Shown here: positions 1 through 12,200 of the stretch, in pieces | How the letters are laid out: each line of letters begins with the position of its first letter | Position numbering within the stretch: position 1 is the first letter of the stretch | Source of the DNA: Pocillopora damicornis | Lineage: Eukaryota | DNA length: 64,000 nucleotides | Reading direction: 5' to 3' | NCBI RefSeq assembly: GCF_003704095.1 | Contig: NW_020845603.1 | Location: forward strand, 1 to 64,000 | Made by a program: the position numbers and the translations under genes | Notes under the pieces: generated by a model | Seen by the model: the letters and a program-made list of their open reading frames with translations, nothing else | Database searches by the model: none | What the model was told of the DNA's origin: nothing

Positions 1-1191
1 ATCGGCGTTTTCGTCTTTAATATTCTGCTCGTAAATCAACGTCCAAGCGTTGTGAAAAAGGATGAAGAAAGTGTCCTCTCAGAAAAGTTAGACGAAACTC
101 CAAAGTTCTTCGAAGAAAAAAGTGAAAAAATCCCAGTCCTCGCGCAACCGAAGAAAAAGCGACAAAATCTTATAATTGTGGCACATGGTCGATCGGGGTC
201 CACGTTTTTGGGAAACATTTTTAACAATCATCCATCAGTATTTTATCTGTTTGAGCCTTACCAAACAGTTGAAAGACTGGTTGCTTTCCAGCCAAAAAAC
301 AGCCAAGAATATCATGACTCAGCCTTCAGCTGGATGAAAGGTATTTTCCAATGCAATTTTGTGTCCTCAAGGCACGTAGCCGATCTTCAGTCGTATTATC
401 GCAAAGAGTATCCGTCAAACTACAACCCGTTCAAAAGCTTGACACTTCTTCAACCGCCATTTTGTATTTATAACACGACAGATCCTCGATGGAGTTTAGA
501 AAGTTGTCCTCCACTCGACCAAGGTACTATGGAAGACTCTTGTCAGACACAACATAGTGTGACCGTGGTGAAAGTTTTGATATCGAGAATGCCTGATACA
601 AATCTAAAACAGTTGCTGACAATTTGTGACACGGATCAATTTGACTGTAAGTTCATCTTTCTCGTTCGAGATCCACGAGGAATCATCCCTTCTTCGAAAG
701 CTGTCGGGTTTTATGGTGATAATGACAAAGTTCTATTGAACGGAACACAGAGGTTTAGCCAAGAGGTTTGTGGTGCCACGTACAAAAATCTGAACATTAT
801 TCGATTCTTGCAGGCACAAATGAAAAAACGATTTATGTTATTGCGATACGAAGATTTAGCTGTGAACCCTTTGGAAATGCTACCAAAATTGCTGGAATTT
901 GCAGGGCTACCAGAAGACGAAAGCTTAACAAGATGGCTGTACCTCGCGTCTCATTCGCCTGAAACGAAGAGTGAACAGTCTGCAGCAAGGTGGCGGCAAG
1001 ATTCCAAAGAGGGCGCCGAAAGATGGCGTTGGAAAGTAAAGTCGTCAATTATCTCTGTCATAGAGCATTACTGCAAGGACGTAATGGAGACTCTTGGGTA
1101 TATACCTGTAAATGGCTCCTACCAGGTCCAAAAAAATCTTACAATCAGCCTGCTTGAAGAATATTACGAGGCGTTACATTGGTTTCAATAA
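1..1191 (+). CDS. Carbohydrate (Gal/GlcNAc/GalNAc-6-O) sulfotransferase, CHST1/3/4/5-like; 5' end outside window
   Basis: Frame is open from base 1 (IGVFVFNILLVN, probably the tail of a type II TM anchor). 5'-PAPS-binding motif HGRSGSTF, FYLFEP, 3'-PB motif LVRDPRG and RYEDL; stop TAA at 1189-1191; no intron in the visible part. Confidence 0.9.
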   Translation: MGVFVFNILLVNQRPSVVKKDEESVLSEKLDETPKFFEEKSEKIPVLAQPKKKRQNLIIVAHGRSGSTFLGNIFNNHPSVFYLFEPYQTVERLVAFQPKNSQEYHDSAFSWMKGIFQCNFVSSRHVADLQSYYRKEYPSNYNPFKSLTLLQPPFCIYNTTDPRWSLESCPPLDQGTMEDSCQTQHSVTVVKVLISRMPDTNLKQLLTICDTDQFDCKFIFLVRDPRGIIPSSKAVGFYGDNDKVLLNGTQRFSQEVCGATYKNLNIIRFLQAQMKKRFMLLRYEDLAVNPLEMLPKLLEFAGLPEDESLTRWLYLASHSPETKSEQSAARWRQDSKEGAERWRWKVKSSIISVIEHYCKDVMETLGYIPVNGSYQVQKNLTISLLEEYYEALHWFQ

Positions 1192-3285
1192 AAGCACCAA
1201 ATATGCATCCTCATACGACTACTACGTATAAAGTTTAATGGCAACCATTAAATTCTCAAGTTTGAAAAGCAAAAATAATTCTTATATTTATGAATTTTTT
1301 ATATTTTTATATACATTTACTCATATATTTTTCATATTTTTATATATTTTTTTTCCGGTCAATTTTCCACCTAACCGTTCGTGACACCCGCCGCTATCGT
1401 TGAAATTAAACGGACACGTTTCGCATCATCGAGGCTATTTCCGAATTTTTGTCGAAATCTTCGAAATTTTTTCTGCAGCTTTAAAAAGATATAGATTAGG
1501 AATTAGATCGATACTTTTTTTTTGTTCAAACATATCAACGATATGATTGGCTGAACAACAAATGCTTGTGTAATTCCGTCGCGTAGATTCTTTTTAAGGC
1601 CCGAAAGAATGTTTTAGCTAACGTGGTTTTATCTTTAGAGCTTAGCACTTCACGAAAAAAAACAAAAACAAAAACACCATTAAACTCGAATTTAAATCGA
1701 AATTTCACCCACCTTCCGACAATTCTGTGGTCAAAACCCGGAAATATGTACACTAAACATATTTCTCGATATCAAAAAAATTGAAAAGAAAAAAATTGTT
1801 TGTCTCTCTATAAGGACAGTTAGTGAACTGCAAAATCAGGCCAGGAAACATCGAAAAAAGAGAATTATTCCGGTAAAATTTAATGCGACAGGAATCAGAA
1901 AGAGCTTTCGTTTCGGCAAATTTTAGAGAATAATTAGGAAATCCAGAGATTTGAGGCGTTTTTCTTTCAAGCTGGGAAATTGCTTGGTTATGTAAACTTT
2001 AAGGGATTCAACTCTAGTCGATATCCACATATCTGAAACGAACAAACATAGGATTCAGTCAAATTTGCTCCATTCACAAAAATTAATTTTAAATAATCAA
2101 CAGTATACTTCTTTAGCCCGCCATTGAATGACACAGTTATCGCAGAAATATGCATTTCACTCACACATCATCAGTGACCTACAGTTTTCATCCCTTATAA
2201 GAGAGTGGGAAACGTGATATTTCATTTGTTGACACAACTGCACTATGTTTGAACGTCACATCGTTCCCAGAGTCCTCTGCGAGAGTATACAGATGATATT
2301 CAATTTGATCACGCGAGTGCATTTCTCTTCTTTAGCTTCTGTAGAGGGAGAAAGAGAGAGGAAGCTGGGAACAAGGCATGTGAGTGGTTATTTGCGCGCG
2401 AAAAGTTGGACGCTGGGAAACCACCAATCATTGGCCAGAGTTTGATCCTGGAGAAAATCTAGGAGAGACATGACACCATAAAGGGGCTTTATATCTCTAA
2501 GGGATCGGTCATTATTTATCGCCTGGGGGAGGGGGGATGGGAATTAGCGGATTTTGGTTATGCCACTGTAAAATCAGGTCGCTTGATCAGAAACGTCTAG
2601 CTCGGACGTGCATCATTTCAAATTTGACTGGATTGAAATTCAAACTTTAAACACCCTGCGGGACTCCGAAGGAAAGAGAAGTAATGCCTTGAAAAATGAT
2701 ATTTTGAGCCACTGATCTCCCTGAGCCTCCTTGAAAACCAATTTAAAACTAAGCATACCACAGGTCTTTTGAATAGTATAACTTGTTTATCATGACGAGT
2801 ATTATTTCTAGGTCAGTGAAGGAATCCCTGTACAGTATCGATACATATTTTCATGGATAATATCCTTAATTAGCATATACCACACAGGTGAAGTGGGCTT
2901 TTCGTGTGCGCTGATTGGCTAGTTTGGAAGTGACTAGCAAGTTCTACTCTCCTCCGAGCAGGCGAAGAGACAAAATGACGCGTGGAGAGTTTAATTTCGA
3001 CCACATTTTGGTGTGTTAACAGAAAAAAAGAAAGATTGTTTTTTTCGGTTTTAGTGTGGCATGTTTCAAAACAATTATTCACTTCAGTGTCGGTGATTAA
3101 TTTTCAATTTAACGCTTTGGGGATACTGAAAGAAAAGAAATCACATCGATCACATGTCTATCAAGTGCTGTCAGGTGACAGGTGATGCATTGTGGGATTT
3201 GACGCTCAACGTGAAGTTTGCCATGTTGTATCATTTCTTTAACTTTTCTTGTAATGTGTTACTAAAACAGCTGAAATTTTGAAAA

Positions 3286-6200
3286 ATGTACAACAACATC
3301 GGTTTGCAGACTGCCCGTGGGTCAGGCACGAACGGCTATGTGCAAAGGAACTTGTCTCTTCTTCGTAGTAGGAAGGATAAGATCGAGTACCACACAAATG
3401 ATGATCTTGCCAAATTGGAACAAATGAACACGAAAAAACCAAATCAAGAGATCTTGGAGCACGAAAGGAAACGACAGATTGAGCTTAAGTGTATCGAGCT
3501 ACAAGAAGTAATGGAAGAACAAGGGTGAGTGTTAAGACCGAGCGGAATTCTGCTATTTAACACGGTTGTATTTTTGTTGACTGCCAAATTGAAGACTGTG
3601 CCTGATAGTTTGATTTTAAGCTGCTTACTCCTCTTACCCGGTCGGGTGTCCGTAATCTTTTATCAGGTTACTGAGTGAAGTGGTTTAAGTATTTATTGTC
3701 CGTGGTATCATAACTATGAAGTTTGTAATACTACGCGTGTTGTAAACATATTTGGAAATTAAGAACTCGGGCGAAATTCGCATCTTCTGTAACATGGCAA
3801 GTCATGTTAACAGATTTTCTCGAAATTCAAACAAAAATTCAAAGGAAGATAATCAAATTTGCTCCTAGAAACTTGATGTCGTAGCAAACAGGAAATGTGA
3901 TGCAAATTCTGTGGCGTATTTTGGTACTAATTATAGCTGCGACATCTTGGTTTGAACAGTTGGTCAAAGCTTTGCAGATGTCTTCTACTTGCATGATTCA
4001 TACAGCATGTCACTGAAGAATGACAGCCTCACAGTTATCCTTACCCAAAGGTTTTATGTAGTGCTGTACACAGTGGGTTATTTACACTTGCAAATTTAAC
4101 AATAAACAATATTTATTACTAATGAATTAAGGGGAAAGTTTTTTAAAGAAACTGCAGTGCTGTATGAGTAGAAGAGTATAACAACTGAGTTGAGAACATA
4201 AATTGGCCACCCTAAAGAGTTTCAAAGCTGACATTTCAAACACTAGCCCTTCATCAGAGCAAAGAGAGGAATTGTGGATTGAGTGTGTGTTTAAAGGCAG
4301 AAAATGGAGTTACACTATTGGTAGGGACAGTGTAACAAGAAAAACAAGAGTGGATTATTTGAATGAAAAGCATTCATTCATACATTGGGAATCAATAGTG
4401 CAGATTTGAAAGACAAATTTTTGCAATCAAGTTTTGTGGCGACTGATTCTGAGAACACCTTTGTGACATAGAAAGGAACAACAAAGGTACATCTGAACCA
4501 GTACTAAGACACTTTAATCTCCCTATTTATTCTAAGCAGCATATAACAGTCTGCAGCTTCTCCTTGTATCTAGACAGTTTGGAAAGCCACAAAGCTTTAT
4601 AACAAAAACTTATCTTTCAATTCTACACTCTTAACCCCTAGACAGTTTGGAAAGCCACAAAGCTTTATAACAAAAACTTATCTTTCAATTCTACACTCTT
4701 AATCCCTATGGTGTCAGCAAACACTCAAATGTGCAAAAGACCTAAGTTGAGTGCCAGTTGATTTTTGTTTCCCATAAACTTAGTTTGATCTGAAGCTAGT
4801 TAAGTGTGCCATCTTAAACAAATAAACCATACAACTCTTTGTTCATTTTTTTTGCATAATGAACGGTCTTCCTATTCACTCCCACAGCTTAAATCCTAAT
4901 TACCTTATATAATAAATTGGTTGTTAGTAATTAAATATAAGTTATAAAGAAAAAAAAATTAAAAAATGGAAAAGAAGAGCAGACCCTCTTATATTAATAA
5001 CTATTTTGTTTTCTCTGCCTGATTTTCAGATATAATGACAGTGAAATAGAAACCAAGGTTGAAGAGTTACGCTGCATTCTCTCTGAACAATCAGGCATTG
5101 GGTCTAAGAACAACAAAGAAGGAAAGTCCACGTAAGTGCATACTGGTATATAACCTCATTACTCCAATTTTTTTCTATTTTCAGCTGGGTCTGCAGTAAG
5201 AAATTGCAGTGAATTTCAAATGTAGAATTCTTCCTCTCCTTTATTTTTTTCAGGAACATACATGATGCAACTGGTATAGTTTATTATTATGATATGATTT
5301 GATTCAACATGAATTACAGCTTGTTTTTAAAAAATTGTGTTTTGTTTTTGTCATTGACTGTGAATATATGAAAATCATATATGGGAACTGCAGATAAATA
5401 AGTGAATATGAAAGTGAGCTTGGTAGTTATGAACAGTACTGTACTATTGGTGAAGTAGTGTTCATAACTGCAGGTCACTCTGATATTCCTTTTTGTCACT
5501 GATTACTTGTAAACCTCTTCAGGACCTGGCAAATACAGAGACATTTTGATTCTTTTTTTCATTAGACTGTTTAGTATATATAATTGTTTCTACCTATGTC
5601 TGCATCCATTAAACTGTCCCCAATAATGAGGTAGCACTTATTTTATACCTACCTTCTTGTATGAAGCCACATTTTTGCACCTTATAATTTGAGATCTTTT
5701 AGCCTTTTCTTATGGTTTCCTCAATGTCAATATCTTGTATATAAAAGAATGCCTTTGAATGTACTTTTAATTAATTTACCTGAAACTTTTTTTGTCCCTT
5801 CTTCCCTTCCTTCACTTTAACTTTCCATTTTCCATCAGGCTCTATTTTTTTCGGAGGCATTTGTTTCTTCATGTCAACTTTTTCTGCTTAATTTTTGGTA
5901 CTGTATTGTTAGGAGCTTTCAAGTAATGAAGTTCTAATTGATGAATTAGTGTTCTATCATTCTTGAGGTATACTTTTTCATACTCATTCTTTGTTTATGT
6001 TTTAGCGTGTAGAAAGGTAAGGTCCATGTGAGCTCTGACATTAATGAATTACAACCATAACCCAAAGGTTGTAAAATGTTCTTGTGAACAAGTTACAGTA
6101 AAGTTTACATATTTGCTATGTTCATGTACAAAATATTTTTATCTGAGAATCATTACCATGACAGAGTGCTTGTCAATTGAGGGTTGTAAAAACCTAAACC

Positions 6201-9200
6201 AACGTAATCACTGCAGCCAGTCAGAAGAAAGGAAAGTTATTAAGGAGTTTGTGAGAGATGAAAGTTAACTCTTTCACTCCCAAGATCTGATCAGTAATTC
6301 TCCTTACCATCTGCCACACAATTCTCATGATGCTAGTTGAGAATTTGTCATTGGATCAACTAATAATCTCCTCATTGATTATTTATTCTCATCACTTGTG
6401 AGCTTGATCCATAGTCATATTTTAAGGAGAAATTCTGTCTTGATCACTCTGGGGAGTGAAAAGGTTAAACCAAGTTAATTTTCTAAAGTGCAGGAAAATA
6501 CAAGAGACAAGTTTTAATGGGTTTTAGTTTTGTATCTGGTTGATTGAAAGGAATGTGCAAGATTTATCACCAAACCATAGAGCAAAACTAGGCAAAACTG
6601 TTGAAATCCTTGATAACTTTTAACACTCAACTGAAAAGTGTATTATTGACATCTGTTTCAGTTTTATATATATGTATAGTAGTCATGATGCCTAATTTTT
6701 TTAGTGTTACAGAAACACATCAGATGGCAGAAGCAAATGAGCAGAAGAACGCTAAACTGAAAGAAGCTCTTGGAATTAAAGAAGATTACAAAGATGGCTC
6801 TTCATTTGATCAAGAACTGAAGGCAGCTCAAAGAGCTTCTGAGCAGTCAGCCAGGGCAGCAAAACAAATAGAGCTGGAGAAGCAAAGAGAGAAGGAGCAA
6901 AGTAGAAGGTAAGAATCTAACACAACCTAACAAGCCAAATTGGAGTTCTGAAAATACATGCACACACATTGGGATTGAAACTTGTAAACCACATCAAGTT
7001 AGCCTTGGAAGACTAGAAGGAAAAAAAATTGATTGGAAAAAAGATGTCGCTGAGAAAATTCTTGACTCATTAGGGTTTGCATGTTTTTATCCTCACATGT
7101 GCAAGTGTTTCTTTTTTGTGCCCCAGTTCAACCTCTCCAGTCAGCATTGTGCAGTGTTGAACTGGGAACTGTTGGGATTTGAGCATTGGGGTTTAGGAAT
7201 CAGTGTTACAGAAAGCATTGAGTGTAGGGGCATTTTTTAGTGTGTTTATGTGTCTCGCAAAATCTAAGTCTCTTCAAAAGAATTCCAGTTTGAGAATGCC
7301 CTTTAGTTTTGAAAAGAACTAAACAATTAAACTAAACACACTTGTTTATTTACTAAATAACAACAATCTAACTATTAATAGTAAGCAATCACAAGAGTAA
7401 ACTTGAAAAGAAAGTGAGTGTGATTTTAAGTTCAGCCAGTTCACTGTTTCATCATATGTTCATTTTGAGATGACACCTACCATTTTTCAATATATATATA
7501 TATTCCTATTAAAAATTCTGTTATCTGAGAACAATTATAGACTTGTGGTGGCCTAGTAAAGATAAATTTTGAGGCATCATTGTGGTCATTTATAAAAATA
7601 AAGTTTGATAAGCCTGGGAAATAGAAAATCATTTGAATCGATAGAAAAATGGTGTATCTCCTTGTAACATTAGTTTACAGGATGATGAGGAACAATTTTT
7701 TTTTCATGGCACCATGACCTACTGAATGTTTGGTTCCTTAAAAATTAAAATCAGTTTGTTGCAGTTAAGTTGTTATACAAGGAAACACATAATTATGTCC
7801 CATGATACTGCATAGTACCTTAGATCAAGTTTTTGTTGTCTTGTTGTCTTGTAAATGTTTCTTTTTGCTGTAAATAGTGTTTTATTTTAAATTTTTGTTG
7901 GATGTTATCAACCTACAGGAAAATTATTACTTTTGCAACTTACTTGTAACTTGTACTTTGTTTATGTTTTAATCATAATTTTGTTATTATGATGTTTATT
8001 CAAGCCAGATAGGTAAGTAAACACGAGATCTGTTCATACATATACAGCTGTTTTGAGAAAGGTTTGCAGAAAATAGGACAAAGCGCATGTGATAATCTCT
8101 AAAGGTAATCTGGATATCTGGTAATCAATGAATTTCAACAAGCTAAAGAGATAAATAAATTCTTCAAATGTCCTATGCATTGTCCTTACAGTGATGTTTT
8201 CTCATGATTTTCCTGAAAACTCTTTACATTACTTTTTGGGGTTGTCATGTACGCTTTTCTGCTTTTTTTTATAAACAACCTTTCCAGAAGCAGCTGGTTT
8301 TTGAGTGTGGGTTGGGTTGGGTTGGTTCAGGTGCAGAGGTTTAAGAATGTGGACTGAGACAGCGTGGGCTTCATTGGATGGAGCAGCAGAGAGTTATTGA
8401 GCAGCCCTCTAGTAAGAGTGTGTTAAGGAAACCAAACATTCAGTGGTCATGCCTTTTTTTACACAATTAGTTGTTAAACACATTAGAGAAGGATTGAGGA
8501 AGAACTTTTGTCTACAAACTCAGTCTTAATGATGTTCTTGATTTTCTATTTCCCAACACTGTAGCTAGACTACTTGTATTTGCTCATTTGTTCTCAAGTT
8601 TCATTTTGGCTCAGGCAGGTAAGGCCAGTGGTCTTAAGATTTTCTTATGTTATTGCTGCTAAAACCTGTAAGACTTAATCATTATTATTAATTTTATCAT
8701 AACTGTTACTAGTATGATTATTATGAATTATTTTAACAAGAATCATTGTGAATAATTTTATTAGTTTTGCACAAAATGTGAACGACTTGAAGTGAAACAC
8801 TTGGGAATTTGTCTGTTTTAGTTGCTTCTAATAATCATTCAAACATAAAATAAAACAAATTCTTGTTAGTGTCACATTTAAAAACATGTGGATTTAAAGA
8901 CCAGTTCAATGATCCCAAAATGTTTGGCAGTACTACAAAATAATATACTCTTTCTGACCTGAAAATTGATAACTTACCCAATTCTGTAAGTTTGCCTTGA
9001 TTAACTTTTGAATGGCCAGATACCCAGAGGTTTCAAAACAAGCCGGTGACTGCCATAGTTCTGCTGTCTACTCGATAATAGACGTCAGTTACTGTGGTCA
9101 AAGTAATTACCCTTTGGCCCTTAACCCTTTAACTCCCAGATCAAATTTGTAATTCTCCTCACTGTCAACCATACAATTCTTATAATGTTAGTTCAGAGAA

Positions 9201-12200
9201 TTTAGTTTTGGATCAACTAATCCCAAATTGATATTTTTCTTATTCTCATCACTTATCAGGTTGATATTACATTGACACTGTAAGGAGAAATTCTGTCTTG
9301 GTCACTCATGGGAGTTAAAGGGTTNNNNNNNNNNNNNNNNNNNNNNNNNNNNNNNNNNNNNNNNNNNNNNNNNNNNNNNNNNNNNNNNNNNNNNNNNNNN
9401 NNNNNNNNNNNNNNNNNNNNNNNNGGTTTACAGGGTAGTTGCGCCCCAAGAAATATGTCATCTCACATGTTTAAATCTGTTTGCTTGCAGGATGTTTACC
9501 CAATGAAGAATCAATTGATGAGGTTACTGTTAACACTGACATTGTTTTTATGTCTTGCAGTTCTGAGAACAAGTCTGAGAGGGAGTCCTCACCAGTCAGA
9601 CGCAAAAAAAAGAAAAAGCGCAAAGAAAGGACACCAGAAGAAAGGTAACTTCACTTCAGACTGGGCTCAGTGCAACAGCACTGCATCTGCAGTGACGTCT
9701 GATAACAGACTTTCTTTCATGGAATCAGTAAATTCAACTTGTTATTTGGTGATCATAGTTGTTTTTCAAGCAGGGAATGGGGGGTAAGAATGGGTTCACT
9801 GTTAGTCCTTTGTTCAAAAACTGAGACTGGGAAGAATTTCTTAAGGGGAAATTTTTTTTACTGTAGGTAGAGCATTGCAGGTAAGAAAAATGTTAACCAT
9901 CTGTTGTTGAATTGATGTTGACATTGAATTGCAATTTTTTTCTTTATCTATTTGTATAGATACATGTAAACCACAGGCTGTCTATTAGAGAGAAATGAAA
10001 GCTAAAAGGAAAACTAAACAATCTTGCCTTAATTCTAATTATTTTTCTTGTTTTTTTCTTGTTTTGTTTTCAAAATTTCTCTAGTTCTTCAGAGTCTGAG
10101 TCAGACAGTCGAAAATCAAGAAAGAAGAGGAGAGACAAAGATAGAAGGTGTGCTATTGTTTTCTTAACATTTTATGGAATTTTCTTACCATGAATAGTAT
10201 TTCTCTGAGAAAACGTTTTATTGCTATAGTATAATTTTAGTTGGTGTTGATGTACATGTAGTTGTTACTAGCGGTGAGTTATTTTTGTTTGTTTTGTTTT
10301 CCACTGGCTTTGATACTCTATTTTTTATTGCAAGTAAATCAGTGACGTTGATTTAGGAATTTATTGTTCTGGTAGATCTGGTGTATTTTTTAAGGGGTGA
10401 GCTAATCATTGGCGTTAAACTGTTGTGATTTTTTGTTTGTTTGTTTGTTGAGTATGTTATTTGCAGTCCAAAGTACAATAAATTTTCTCAAGTGTCCTTT
10501 GTAACATCTACGTCACAAGGTGAAAAAACTGTAGCACAAATGTTATAATGATCATAAAAATGTATGTAAAATATAGAATGAGTAAAAAATGTTAGATAAT
10601 AAAAATATGATCTCAGGATCGAAACTCTAGTAACCGTCTCGGTGATGTTATTTGTGACGTGTTCTGGTGATTTTCTGTTCTTAGCGATGATGGTCGCAAA
10701 CGTTCCCGTAAAGCTGAGAGCCCAGATAAAAGCCGCAAGTCTCGAAAGAAAGACAAGGAAGAAAAAGCAGCCAAGCAAAAGGAGAGACACGTCAGTTCAG
10801 AGGATGAAAAGCCACGAAGAAGACAAAGAAAAGATTCAGAAAGGTAACATGGTGTTAAAACATCAGTATGCAAGTTCTCCATACTGTTCTCTGTACATTT
10901 TCTATGGTATTTGTAAGGAGAATTTGTCTAACATTCAAGAGCTTCTTGAGTTCGAAATCATTTCCGTTATTCTCATGAACTTACTGCTTGCTTCAGTGGA
11001 AACACTGTTGGGAGAAATTAGATGTTTGTCACTCTTAGGGTTAAAGAGTTAATCTGTGCCGTGTTACTCTGCCATTTATGGTTGAGCAGCCCTGGATGAT
11101 AACTGCGAACGGTGAACTAAAGTAAAAGGACTCTAGATCTCTTTTAAGGTGGTGGTTCTTACGCATGCAAAATTCAGTTAGTTTTGACAGTCAATTTTAG
11201 TTTGGTTTCTGCAACCTACGTTGACACGGGCGTGGTTTTGTCGAATGCACTGGATTTGCATTATTTAAATTCTGTTCAGTATTCCCTACTCTTGCCTGGG
11301 CCTCACCGCTTTAAGAAATATATAATATATTTACATTGTTTTTTGCCACTTAACAGTAGTTCAGAGAGTGAAAGCCCTCCAAGGCGTGACAAGAGGAAGC
11401 AACAGAGAAAGGATAAAACAAAAAGAAATGACCATCGTAGTCCATCAACGGACAAAGAAAATGTCCCAAGACTCCAACGCAATAGATCCCCGTCTCCAGA
11501 TAATTCCTCCCCTGAAAAAGTTAAATCTCGTCGACAGCAACATCTTGACAAGTCTGATACGAGAAGAGAAAGGAAAATGCGAGATGAACATGAAAATCGA
11601 CAAAATGAAGAACGTGTGAGACAAGAACGTGACCGCGAGGAACGTGACGATCGTGCGCGTTACGATCGATCACGTGCAGAACGGGATCACTCACCCGATG
11701 ATCGCGTGCGCGGGGAGCGTGTAAGGCTACGTCGTAGTGGAAATGGAGATCGACAATCTCCAGAGAAAGATCGGCCATTGTCTGAGAATGGTGTTCGTGA
11801 AAGGCAGCAGCGTCGTGTTGATCGGTCGAGCTCTGCAGAAAAATCATCTGAGGTAAGAAAGAAGAGAAAGCAGCGGGAAGCACGAAGCTCTTCTGAAGAA
11901 CGCTCGGAAGGACGACGTGAACCTGATGAAGAAAGGCCTGAAACAAGGCGTCGAAAGTCGAGTCCTATCCCTGAGCAGTCAAGAATCACAACCAGGAAGG
12001 AAGATTCTCGTGAGAGAGAAGAAAACCGTCGACCACAACAGAGGGAAAACTTTAACTCCAGAAATGGCGACAGCAAGGCGAGTGGCCGAATGCGACGTGA
12101 TATTACTCCCGAGGACAGAAACCGGCGACGTAGTTCATCAAGAGAAGATAGAAGGAATCGAAAAAAACAGTCGCCTTCTCCTGACGATAGGCAGCGCGTA

